From the NCBI GenBank assembly GCA_963664875.1, contig OY761611.1, positions 1,760,958 to 1,824,957 of the forward strand: a stretch of 64,000 nucleotides of DNA. Direction: 5' to 3'. Position numbers and translations under genes: made by a program. The notes below the pieces were generated by a model. It worked only from the letters and a program-made list of their open reading frames with translations, was not told where the DNA came from and did not search any database. The DNA is from Candidatus Kapaibacterium sp. (lineage in GTDB: Bacteria; Bacteroidota; Ignavibacteria; Kapaibacteriales; UBA2268). How positions within the stretch are numbered: position 1 is the first letter of the stretch; the number at the start of each line of letters is the position of its first letter. Below are positions 40,449-49,103 of the stretch, piece by piece.

Positions 40449-41021
40449 CTATCGAGTCCTCATTGCATTAATCCAATATCTCAAGGCAGGGAAAAACGCA
40501 AATCCTAAAGCTATTTTCAACTCTGTATAAACAGATATTAAGTATGTATCTACAACTACATATGCTAACAAAGGCAAGACTTCAACTGAAAAAGTAAGTA
40601 CTGATTTGATGTTTAGATAATCTATTTTTTTCAAAACAAACTCAGTAACAAGCATACCTAATCCAAAAAAGACATTTATTTCAAATATTGCTTTTGCGAT
40701 AGAGTATAGATTAAAACTATCAACAAAAGATAATAGAATCAGCTTCTCTGCAAAGAGCGCAAGCATTAACATATACAGTGCTATATCTCTTGAGTAATTG
40801 ATTTCTTTCATAGACAGCGGAAGCCGCTCTAATCTCGCTTTCTCAAAATTGAAATACAAACCATAAAAGACTATAGGGTATGCAACAATTTCAATTAACT
40901 CAAATGCAGATCTAATGTACTCACCGCTAAACCAAGCTAAAGTCATCAGGAACGGATATAGAAAAAACAAAGCATAGTAGTTGTTTCTTGTCCGGAGGAA
41001 ATATGCAACAAGCGTAAACAT
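40449..41021 (-). CDS. Small polytopic membrane protein, paralog 5 of 5 (ABC-2-type permease-like)
   Basis: The likely start is the ATG at 41019-41021, which gives MFTLVAYFL and has a GGAGGA SD 7 nt upstream. That start forms a TAATG 1 nt overlap with paralog 4. The protein has about 6 hydrophobic helices and shares the LPLS(M/F)..(I/L)(N/Y)(Y/F)..(D/K)I..Y motif with paralogs 1 to 4. Confidence 0.55.
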   Translation of the reverse strand: MFTLVAYFLRTRNNYYALFFLYPFLMTLAWFSGEYIRSAFELIEIVAYPIVFYGLYFNFEKARLERLPLSMKEINYSRDIALYMLMLALFAEKLILLSFVDSFNLYSIAKAIFEINVFFGLGMLVTEFVLKKIDYLNIKSVLTFSVEVLPLLAYVVVDTYLISVYTELKIALGFAFFPALRYWINAMRTR

Positions 41022-41638
41022 TAGAATGTCCTCCAATTATTCATCTTCGCTATCATATAGTCAGCAATTGTGATTATTATAAGAGGACTTACAGAAAGTA
41101 GAATTAGAAGCAAATGTTCTTCGCTAAATCCAAAGTTCCCAATAATTATATCTTTTAGATTGGTCAGAAGAATGCTGTAAACAAATAATCCAACAACAGC
41201 ATAAGCTGATGCAGTTAGTACAGGGAAGTTCTTTTCTTTCACCATCAGCAGTCTGCTCAGGAAAAAGGAGATAAAATACATAGAAAATATTTGATTTGAT
41301 ATTGTACCTATATGCAGCTTATACTCCGGATCAAAATTCAATTCAATTATAATAAAGCTTAGAGCATATATTGTCATATAGAAAAACATACTCAGTAGCT
41401 TAGCAAGCCATATTTTCTTAGTATCAATTGGAATATCTGCTTCTATAGCGTTTGTTTTGCGTCCGAAAAAATCCTTAGAAAAGATAAAGAAGTAAGCAAA
41501 AATCATTGCAAGCGCGATAACAGAAGCTACTTCTTTAGTCTCAAAAACAAAAGTACTTAGAACCCCAATGAGTATCGATAAAAGCATCACCAAGAGCGGC
41601 TCTTTCGCAGTAATATAGTATTTTATTATTAGTAACAT
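41021..41638 (-). CDS. Small polytopic membrane protein, paralog 4 of 5
   Basis: The N-terminus MLLIIKYYITAKEP is family-typical. About 6 transmembrane helices are predicted. The conserved GFSEEHLLLILLSVSPLIIITIADY segment is present. A 1 nt overlap links it to paralog 3. Confidence 0.6.
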   Translation of the reverse strand: MLLIIKYYITAKEPLLVMLLSILIGVLSTFVFETKEVASVIALAMIFAYFFIFSKDFFGRKTNAIEADIPIDTKKIWLAKLLSMFFYMTIYALSFIIIELNFDPEYKLHIGTISNQIFSMYFISFFLSRLLMVKEKNFPVLTASAYAVVGLFVYSILLTNLKDIIIGNFGFSEEHLLLILLSVSPLIIITIADYMIAKMNNWRTF

Positions 41639-42267
41639 TATAGATTTACCTTATATCTTTTTGCAAAGTAAACTACCACAAAATCTAATATTGATATTAC
41701 TGATATTGGTAGTAAGTACATTAGAAGCAAAACCGGATGCTCTCTATCAATACCGGCATAGGAGCTTACTGCATTAATCAACTTGTAGAAATTTAATGTA
41801 TAAATTCCATAAATAATGAACAGCCCAAAACAAATCGATAGAACTTTTACATGACCAAGTTTTCTGTACTTCCACTTGCTCAATAAAAAAAGCATAAAAT
41901 ACATCATAATATAAGAGTGTATAGAGCCCTCTGTGGCATGCCACACATTCCCGAAGTAGTCTGATCTCAATACTATCTGAAGCAGAATTGTAATTGAAGA
42001 AAGGATGTAAAAACTGATATACTTCGCCATCCATAAAGTATTAAAACTCACAGGTATAGACAAATTCAAATCTGAGTTTGAAAAATCTGAGTTTGAGCTT
42101 TTGCCAAAAATTTCGAAGTAAGGTGCAATCAGAATTAGCATATAAAAATCAATAGCTGTACGCTCAAGGAATACAAGCTGATCAAGAGAGAATACTAGTA
42201 TCATGCCCAAAATAAAAGCAGGGAGACCTGTTCTGCTTTTAAGGTAATGTAGAATAATCTGTAGCAT
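41638..42267 (-). CDS. Small polytopic membrane protein, paralog 3 of 5
   Basis: The N-terminus is MLQIILHYLKSRTGLP. The conserved segment is GIDREHPVLLLMYLLPISVISILDF. A 1 nt overlap links it to paralog 2. Confidence 0.6.
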   Translation of the reverse strand: MLQIILHYLKSRTGLPAFILGMILVFSLDQLVFLERTAIDFYMLILIAPYFEIFGKSSNSDFSNSDLNLSIPVSFNTLWMAKYISFYILSSITILLQIVLRSDYFGNVWHATEGSIHSYIMMYFMLFLLSKWKYRKLGHVKVLSICFGLFIIYGIYTLNFYKLINAVSSYAGIDREHPVLLLMYLLPISVISILDFVVVYFAKRYKVNL

Positions 42268-42899
42268 TATATTTTCACCATGTTATTCTTATTGAAATAT
42301 GCTATCAAGTAATCAGATAGCGTTATTACTAATATGGGTATCAGAAACGATAATAGAATTACAGGATGCTCTCTTCCAAAACCTGTTTGCTGCATTAGCG
42401 TATCCATTAGCCACTTGAAATTCCAAAGATATACTGTAAAAAAGAGAAGCACACCAAAAATAACAGTCAAATATTTATAGCTTCCGGGTTTGAAAAGCAT
42501 CCATTTCCCCATCAAAAAAAATATCAAATACATTATCATATAGCCTCTTACTGCTCTCTCTGTCTCCTTCCAAAAATCAATTTCAAAATATGAAATCATA
42601 AGTAGATGAATAGCAATTACTAATGCTGAAAGCACATAGAAACTGATAATCTTTGCAGCCCAAATTTTATTAAATCCGAGAGGCAATCTCAAACCCAAGC
42701 CGGTATAGTCCTTATTTGCACCAAATGGCTTGGCGAACATATCCAAATATGGGAACATCAACACAACACTTATGGATGTAATTACTCCCACTTCTTCGAA
42801 CACAATAAAGTCGAAAACAAACATAACAGCGATAGCCAGTAAAATAACGGGAATACCGCCCCGATAGAACAAATAATGCTTAATAATCTGCCACATCAC
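42267..42899 (-). CDS. Small polytopic membrane protein, paralog 2 of 5
   Basis: The N-terminus is MMWQIIKHYLFYRGGIP. The conserved segment is GFGREHPVILLSFLIPILVITLSDY. A 4 nt overlap links it to paralog 1. Confidence 0.6.
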   Translation of the reverse strand: MMWQIIKHYLFYRGGIPVILLAIAVMFVFDFIVFEEVGVITSISVVLMFPYLDMFAKPFGANKDYTGLGLRLPLGFNKIWAAKIISFYVLSALVIAIHLLMISYFEIDFWKETERAVRGYMIMYLIFFLMGKWMLFKPGSYKYLTVIFGVLLFFTVYLWNFKWLMDTLMQQTGFGREHPVILLSFLIPILVITLSDYLIAYFNKNNMVKI

Positions 42900-43510
42900 G
42901 CCCTCGTTAATCTGTTTCTGTTTAGATAGGCTGCACCAAAGTCAAAAGCAGTAAAAACCAATAAAACTAAAAGGTTTATGGGTATTGCAGTTGCAGAGTT
43001 TTCTTCATTACTCAAGAGATTTGTTTTAAATAGTAGTACAAAATAAGCTATACACAAAATCATATAAGCAAGATTAGGCAAGTTTACTACAGTATGCTTA
43101 TCTCTTAACCATACTACTTTACCAATAAATGAGATGACGACATATATCATTCCATAAACCCAACTCAAAGCGGCAGCTCCTTCCTGAATATCATTACGTT
43201 CATGATACATAACGATAAAAATTACAACTGTAGCAAAGGCTAAATAGATATAGAAACTGATAATTTTTGCGAAATACAACTTGGAAAAGCTAAGCGGCAA
43301 GTTCCGGGTGATACTGTCAATTTTTTCTTTTCTCCACATCCCGTCAAACATCAATAGATATGGCATCACCAATCCTGATGTGAGCAAGCCGAAACTCTTG
43401 GATATTTCATATCCTAATAGGTTCGAATAGACTAAGATAAATGCTAAGATTCCGGCAATGAGAATCAAGCCGTACCTATAGGTCATATAATATTTGATTA
43501 CGTTTAGCAT
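42896..43510 (-). CDS. Small polytopic membrane protein, paralog 1 of 5
   Basis: The track extends this ORF to 43603. The more likely start is the ATG at 43508-43510 (MLNVIKYYMTYRYG), which has a GAGG SD upstream and lies 2 nt after the ATPase stop. The protein shares the LPLSFSKLYFAKIISFYIYL motif with its paralogs. Confidence 0.55.
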   Translation of the reverse strand: MLNVIKYYMTYRYGLILIAGILAFILVYSNLLGYEISKSFGLLTSGLVMPYLLMFDGMWRKEKIDSITRNLPLSFSKLYFAKIISFYIYLAFATVVIFIVMYHERNDIQEGAAALSWVYGMIYVVISFIGKVVWLRDKHTVVNLPNLAYMILCIAYFVLLFKTNLLSNEENSATAIPINLLVLLVFTAFDFGAAYLNRNRLTRA

Positions 43511-43512
43511 AA

Positions 43513-44370
43513 TTACCTCAATCGTATAAGTACGATTTCCTGAATAGTCATATAGTGAGTATCGCGAATGCCTATATTGAGATTGGCGAGATGGCGCTTG
43601 CACTCTTCAAAATTATTTGTTGTTATAGTAAAGAAGTCGGTTTTGTCTTCCTGCTTTTGGATAAAAGGCTTGTCGTCCATGCGGTTTGTGATGTTTACAT
43701 CAATCCTTCGCCAGTTTTCTATCATATCTTCTTTGTACTCGTTAGCCACTATTTTTCCGTTATCGAGCAAAGTAACCTTGTCAACCATTCTCTCAATCTC
43801 AGGAATAATATGAGTCGAATAAATAAGCGAGTGTTCTTCGTTTTCCATATACTCAAAAAGTAGCTCGGCAAAATCATCTCTTACTATCGGATCCAATCCG
43901 TCCATAGGCTCATCTAAAAGCAGAAGTTTAGGCTGCTTTGCCAGCTCGCCTGCGATAGATAGCTTCATCTTTTGCCCCTTCGACATCTGATGTATTTTGT
44001 CATCCAAATCGAGCCTGAGCACTTTCGCCACACGGTGACACAAATCCCATGACCAAGTGGGATAAAACGAAGACAAAAACTTCAAATGCTTCATTGGCTT
44101 CACGTAGTAGAACTTCGGATTGCTGTCGATAAATCCTATTTGGCTTTTCCATTTTTCGTGGTCTTTTTTAGTATTATAGCCAAGCACCTCTATTTCGCCT
44201 CTGTCCTGCGACATCAGTCCGGCGAGGATATTCAGTGTAGTAGTTTTGCCGGCACCGTTTCTGCCGAGGTAAGCCATAGCCATACCTTTTTCGAGTTCCA
44301 AATCTATTGGGCCTAACTTGAATTTTGAAAAATCAAGAGAAGTGCCGCTAATTTTAAAAGAAAAATCCAT
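43513..44370 (-). CDS. ABC transporter ATP-binding protein
   Basis: The Walker A motif is GRNGAGKTTTL. The ABC signature is LSKGQKMKLSIAGEL. The Walker B motif is LLLLDEPMDGLD. The gene overlaps the GntR gene by 1 nt. Confidence 0.85.
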   Translation of the reverse strand: MDFSFKISGTSLDFSKFKLGPIDLELEKGMAMAYLGRNGAGKTTTLNILAGLMSQDRGEIEVLGYNTKKDHEKWKSQIGFIDSNPKFYYVKPMKHLKFLSSFYPTWSWDLCHRVAKVLRLDLDDKIHQMSKGQKMKLSIAGELAKQPKLLLLDEPMDGLDPIVRDDFAELLFEYMENEEHSLIYSTHIIPEIERMVDKVTLLDNGKIVANEYKEDMIENWRRIDVNITNRMDDKPFIQKQEDKTDFFTITTNNFEECKRHLANLNIGIRDTHYMTIQEIVLIRLR

Positions 44371-44762
44371 TATTTGCTCTCCAAAATCTTATTCAAAGTT
44401 TCCAAAATCTTTGATTTATTTATGCCCTCGCTTATAGCCTTATCTATCAAAGGCGAGACAGCTGACTTAAAATCCGTCAGAGCCATAGACTCTTTTGAGT
44501 TTTCACTTATGCCACTGACAAAGTAACCTTTGCCTACCCGGGCATAGATTAGCCCCTCTGCCTCTAAAGTTTCATAAGACTTTTTAACAGTGATGACACT
44601 GACCCGAAGCTCTTTTGCCAGCTTGCGAATAGACTGCAAAGCTTCGCCTTCGCCTATCTTTCCGGAAAGAATAAGCGAGCGAATCTGAGAGTATATCTGC
44701 CGATGAAGCGGCTCAGAAGAGCTTTCTGTTATATTTAAGTGCATAGATTTCCTATGTGTCAT
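44370..44762 (-). CDS. GntR-family (YtrA-like, short) transcriptional regulator
   Basis: The 130 aa protein has a winged helix-turn-helix: IYSQIRSLILSGKIGEGEALQSIRKLAKELRVSVITVKKSYETLEAEGLIYARVGKGYFV. Confidence 0.8.
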   Translation of the reverse strand: MTHRKSMHLNITESSSEPLHRQIYSQIRSLILSGKIGEGEALQSIRKLAKELRVSVITVKKSYETLEAEGLIYARVGKGYFVSGISENSKESMALTDFKSAVSPLIDKAISEGINKSKILETLNKILESK

Positions 44763-44763
44763 T

Positions 44764-44788
44764 ACTGTATATAGACAATATATACAGT
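44764..44788. promoter_or_regulatory. Perfect 10-5-10 palindrome, the candidate autoregulatory operator of the GntR operon
   Basis: ACTGTATATA-gacaa-TATATACAGT begins 2 nt upstream of the GntR ATG. Confidence 0.55.
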
Positions 44789-45114
44789 TGTCGAATTATT
44801 TCCAAAAATATTTTTGTAAAATTCAATTTTTTGTAGATTTAGCAAAAGTTGGATATTGGGAAGGAAGAGGCTGTTACATGAGTCAAAATTTGCATTGTAC
44901 CTCTGAGACAGCTTCGAATAGGTAATGAAGACTTGGGAAATTTAAAGGCCAATTTAACTTGATTGTTTGAGATGTTATCTAACTAATATGCTTATAATAT
45001 CCAGTAACGCTATATGTAGTTTTTATAGATTATATTGCACATAGCTTTAAATTCTTGACTTAAAATATAAAAAGTATATTCACTTCCTCCTAACACCTCA
45101 ATCCAAGACTAAAT

Positions 45115-46743
45115 TTACATTTTCCTGTATTTTCCATCTTTTAATTCCAATTGCAGATACCGGAGGTAGCTATCTTCCGCAAATTTCGTTTGATGCAAAA
45201 AATAATCTTTGTGAATTGGCAATTGCTCCAAATCGCCTCGGAGCACTTTGTGTGTGTTGAATATCTTTTGGAAGATAAAATTTATGATTTTACTATTCAG
45301 CAAATCGGCAAGCTGACTGTGAGTGATACCAGCGTCCTCGTGCAATATCAGCATATTGGCACTATTTAAAAAAAAGCTTTGCTTTCTGTCGCATACAAAA
45401 GACAGTTTCGAGGATATAAACTTATAAATCAGCTTCTCTTTAGCCTGATAAAGATGAATTGGAGCTACCTGTTGGTACAAGCTCAAATCTGCAGGTATGT
45501 AATTGGAAGCATTTTTCAAACCACCTTCGCTTATGTCTGCCCCTTTGTAAACAGGGATATAACCCGCTTGGTTTTCTGACTGTAAAAATTTAGAGTTACT
45601 TCCAGTTACAATACCCATGCCCCATTCGGCTCTACTTTGCAAAGTAATATGCGGCTGATTGTAAATGTGTTCAATGATTTTACTATCCTCGACAGAACAG
45701 AAAAAATTAAAGATAGCCTTAGGATTTTGTTTGAAAGATTCGCGTTCCCTAAAGTGCGAATAATCTGCTCCTTCGCAGAGAATATCATGCTTTTCTTTTG
45801 AGCATTTTTGCAGAGTGATTGCCTGAGCTTTTGTAATCAGCCCGCCAAAACATTTCCCATAATCTTTCATTTTCAATATTTTATTCTGCAATGCTTTGTT
45901 GCGGGCGTCTTCAAATATTTGAATATTGAAAAAAGCTTCCTGCAGTAAAAATCCTAAATACCCACCCTCTTTCAATGACTTTATCGCTGCAAAGAAAAAC
46001 AGGGAACTCGTGTCATTGCTTTTTCCGGAAGCAAAATAATTAGATAATTGTACTTTGCTTTCTGCATCAATCTTTTTTCCCCATGGCGGATTGGTAAAAA
46101 TCAAATCGAACTGCAAATCTGTCTGAGTTATATGCTTCAAAAAATCAGCATTTTGTATATTTTTACATTCTTTCCCGGTTTTTTCCAATATTCTTTGTTT
46201 GGCTATAGCTACTGCCACCGGATCGGTATCAAATCCGTAAATATTATCAGGAGAAATTCCCAATTCTAATGCTCTCATTAGAAAATTGCCGGAACCACAG
46301 CAAGGATCGCAAAATGTCAGTGCTGAGAAATCGGGCAAAAGCTCAACGCTTAACATATCTTCTACAACATCAAAAGGAGTGTAATAAATGCCTTCTTTAT
46401 TGCGAAAAGAGTCCGAAAGTTCATTTTCGTATTCCGAACCTAATATTTCCAAATCTGACTCGCCTCTTTTCAGCCTTGCAGTAATGGCTTGGGCAAGTAG
46501 ATTTTGATTGTGCTTGTCCTTGACTGATTTGTTAGCTCTGTTGTTGAGTTTATAAGTCCCTGCTACTTCATGCAGAAATTTCTCAAGAGAAACTGCACAC
46601 ACCATTCCTTTGGAAGTCTGAACCAAATACTTCGTTTTGATCCAATTACGGATAGTGGCTACTGAGACTTTAGCCTGCTTGGCTGCTTCTTTAATAGGTA
46701 TTTCCGTGACCTTGGGATTGATAGAATTTTTCGCAGGTTGCAT
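45115..46743 (-). CDS. N6-adenine-specific DNA methyltransferase (gamma-class, NPPW motif) with an N-terminal helix-turn-helix
   Basis: Motif I is FCDPCCGSGNFLMRALE. Motif IV is FDLIFTNPPWGKK. The N-terminal AKQAKVSVATIRNWIK is an HTH. A target-recognition-like region of about 250 aa lies at the C-terminus. No restriction endonuclease gene is adjacent. Confidence 0.8.
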   Translation of the reverse strand: MQPAKNSINPKVTEIPIKEAAKQAKVSVATIRNWIKTKYLVQTSKGMVCAVSLEKFLHEVAGTYKLNNRANKSVKDKHNQNLLAQAITARLKRGESDLEILGSEYENELSDSFRNKEGIYYTPFDVVEDMLSVELLPDFSALTFCDPCCGSGNFLMRALELGISPDNIYGFDTDPVAVAIAKQRILEKTGKECKNIQNADFLKHITQTDLQFDLIFTNPPWGKKIDAESKVQLSNYFASGKSNDTSSLFFFAAIKSLKEGGYLGFLLQEAFFNIQIFEDARNKALQNKILKMKDYGKCFGGLITKAQAITLQKCSKEKHDILCEGADYSHFRERESFKQNPKAIFNFFCSVEDSKIIEHIYNQPHITLQSRAEWGMGIVTGSNSKFLQSENQAGYIPVYKGADISEGGLKNASNYIPADLSLYQQVAPIHLYQAKEKLIYKFISSKLSFVCDRKQSFFLNSANMLILHEDAGITHSQLADLLNSKIINFIFQKIFNTHKVLRGDLEQLPIHKDYFLHQTKFAEDSYLRYLQLELKDGKYRKM

Positions 46744-47044
46744 GAATAATTTGATTTAGTATTTAAGTAGGCAGTTTTTATATCTAATGATAGTCCAAAT
46801 TTACATACCATAGCCTCAAAATACAACATAATAATCTCTGTGATAAGAAAGCAAGAGCAAAAGAATACCTTAACCTCATCAAAATCTGTCAGTTTTGCAG
46901 ACTGTATTGCAATTATGTCAGACTTCGAGATGCCGTTTTGACATACATAAAAAATCTAAACGCCATTTTGGCACGCCACTACGCCATATTGACGTGTTTT
47001 TAGTTTTGGCACGGTTTTGCTAATAAGTTATTATGTAAGCGAAA

Positions 47045-47527
47045 TTGACACAACAAAAAAGCAAAAAATATATCAAAGGAGATTTGAAAATGACAATGAT
47101 TAAATTCGACCCGGTTAGACATTTTGAGAATATGACTCGCAAAATGCAACACATAGCCAACGAGGCTGAAAAAGGTTTTGTATTCGAAAAAGGTGGTTTC
47201 AATCCGAGAGTTGACATCACTGAATACGACAACAAAGTAGTGGTCTATGCGGAAGTGCCCGGTTTGGCAAAAGAAGACGTTAAAGTATCGGTAAACGAAG
47301 AAAGAATTTTGACTATCAAAGGCGAAAAAAAGAAACCAGAGCTTGCTGAAGGCGAATCGCTCATCCGCATGGAACGCTCTTTTGGTGAATTCTCCAGATC
47401 ATTTATGCTCCCTGAAGATATTGATTTGGAAAACATCAAGGCTTCTTTCAAACATGGTCTGTTAGAATTGACTTTGAGCAAAAAAGAACCCGAAGAGCCA
47501 AAAGAGATTAATATCACAATCGAATAG
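47045..47527 (+). CDS. Small heat-shock protein (Hsp20/alpha-crystallin family), copy 1
   Basis: The alpha-crystallin domain reads PRVDITEYDNKVVVYAEVPGLAKEDVKV...GLLELTLSKKEP. The likely true start is the ATG at about 47090 (MTMIKFDP), which has an AAGGAG SD. Confidence 0.9.
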   Translation: MTQQKSKKYIKGDLKMTMIKFDPVRHFENMTRKMQHIANEAEKGFVFEKGGFNPRVDITEYDNKVVVYAEVPGLAKEDVKVSVNEERILTIKGEKKKPELAEGESLIRMERSFGEFSRSFMLPEDIDLENIKASFKHGLLELTLSKKEPEEPKEINITIE

Positions 47528-47714
47528 TTTAAATAAGAGAGTCCGGTGTTTGACAGACAACCCCATAGCAAAGACATTAGACAGATGTAGCTCGTTTTCA
47601 TAGCACCAGTATATTAAAAGAAACAGAATGACAGTATATCGGCATCGGACTCTTCTTTAACAAAAAGTATTAAAGAAAATAAAAAAAAGCAAAAAATAAA
47701 AAGGAGATATAAAA

Positions 47715-48164
47715 ATGGCAGTAGTAAGATTTGATCCTTTCAGAGGATTTGAAAGAATAAATAAGAGAATGGGGCAATTTGTTGACGAAATGGAAAAAGG
47801 TTTTAGAGTAGAGTATGGATCATTTGCCCCCACGATTGACATAGTTGAAGACGAAAAAACTTTGAAGCTCTTCGCGGAGCTTCCCGGTATTCCGAAAGAG
47901 CAGGTCAAAATCACTGTAAACGAAGACAAAGTGCTTATAATCAAAGGCGAAAAGAAAAGATGCGAGGAAGAAACTGACGAATGCAAGGAAAAAGCTTATA
48001 TCAGAGCAGAAAGAAGTTTTGGTGAGTTTTCCCGCTCTTTCCAGCTACCGGAAAATATCAATACCGACTCAATCAATGCTAAATTCGAAAATGGTGTGCT
48101 AAGCATATCTTTGAGTAAAAAAGAGCCGGTAAAACCAAAAGAAGTTGAAGTAACGATAGACTAA
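47715..48164 (+). CDS. Small heat-shock protein (Hsp20 family), copy 2
   Basis: The sequence reads PTIDIVEDEKTLKLFAELPGIPKEQVKI...GVLSISLSKKEP. The SD is AAAGGAG. Confidence 0.9.
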   Translation: MAVVRFDPFRGFERINKRMGQFVDEMEKGFRVEYGSFAPTIDIVEDEKTLKLFAELPGIPKEQVKITVNEDKVLIIKGEKKRCEEETDECKEKAYIRAERSFGEFSRSFQLPENINTDSINAKFENGVLSISLSKKEPVKPKEVEVTID

Positions 48165-48287
48165 AATTGAATTGATTGTATTTTGTTCAGGTCTCGAACA
48201 ACAGCAAGGAATAAAGAATCTTAAGTTTTTTACCCAAAAACAAATTGACCAAATAGTAATGTTCAACAACCTAATCGGAGGTGTATT

Positions 48288-48740
48288 GTGACTTTAGTAA
48301 AATATGATCCGTTTACCGGTGTAGATGGCTTAATCCGCAGAATGGACAGATGGATGGATGGCTTTAACAGAAGAAGCATGGTGTTTAATACATCAGCATG
48401 GATGCCTAAAATTGACGTACACGAAGAGGCAGATAGATTTTGGATTTCTGCGGAACTACCCGGCATAGCAAAAGAAGACGTTAAGGTAAAAGTAAACGAC
48501 GACAATATGCTTATCATCTCCGGCGAAAAGAGAAGCGTATTTGAGGAAAATGATGAAAAAGATGATAAGCGTCTGATTCGCTCTGAAAGATCTTACGGCA
48601 GTTTCACGCGCTCATTCATTTTGCCTGACAATGTTGATAAAGACAGCATCAAAGCAAAATATGAAAACGGCGTGTTGAATATGGAAATATTGAAGAAAGA
48701 ACCGGAAAAACCAAGCGAAACAGAAATAACTATAGACTAA
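48288..48740 (+). CDS. Small heat-shock protein (Hsp20 family), copy 3
   Basis: The sequence reads PKIDVHEEADRFWISAELPGIAKEDVKV...GVLNMEILKKEP. The start codon is GTG, with an SD of GGAGGTG. Confidence 0.9.
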   Translation: MTLVKYDPFTGVDGLIRRMDRWMDGFNRRSMVFNTSAWMPKIDVHEEADRFWISAELPGIAKEDVKVKVNDDNMLIISGEKRSVFEENDEKDDKRLIRSERSYGSFTRSFILPDNVDKDSIKAKYENGVLNMEILKKEPEKPSETEITID

Positions 48741-48828
48741 ATTTTCCGACCTTTTAGCACAAGACGCAATGGAAATGGTATTTAAAAAAGGAAAGTCGTA
48801 CACTTTAGGTGTTCGGGAAATTATCAAA

Positions 48829-48870
48829 AGAGACTCCACTCTACCCTCGGAGTCTCTTTTTATTTTATTG
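48829..48870 (+). terminator. Rho-independent terminator after the third sHSP gene
   Basis: The stem AGAGACTCC...GGAGTCTCT is followed by TTTTTATTTTATT. Confidence 0.75.
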
Positions 48871-48968
48871 TAGTGCCACAAGCTGAACTGTAGCAAAAAA
48901 AATATTATAAGACAATATTAGTCCTATTTTTATTCGTTTTATTTCGTATATTTGTTCTGCAATCTATC

Positions 48969-48982
48969 TTGCTATATAGCAA
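48969..48982. promoter_or_regulatory. Perfect 14 bp palindrome upstream of hydG, a candidate operator
   Basis: TTGCTATATAGCAA lies about 120-170 bp upstream of the hydG start. Confidence 0.35.
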
Positions 48983-49103
48983 TTAGTTAGAGCTAAGTTT
49001 TGTAGAATAGATATGATTTATCCTTTAAACCTTGTTAATTAGGTAGTTTTTCTTACTCAAAAAAGGATAAATCAATCGTCTTTGCAAAATAGAATGCTTA
49101 GTT

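Noticed and set aside
46975-47030. A sigma54-like -24/-12 promoter, TGGCACG-gttt-TGCT, upstream of the first sHSP gene.
   Set aside because: The GG-to-GC spacing is one nucleotide shorter than the strict sigma54 consensus, and there is no evidence for rpoN in this window. It stays as a note under the sHSP finding only.
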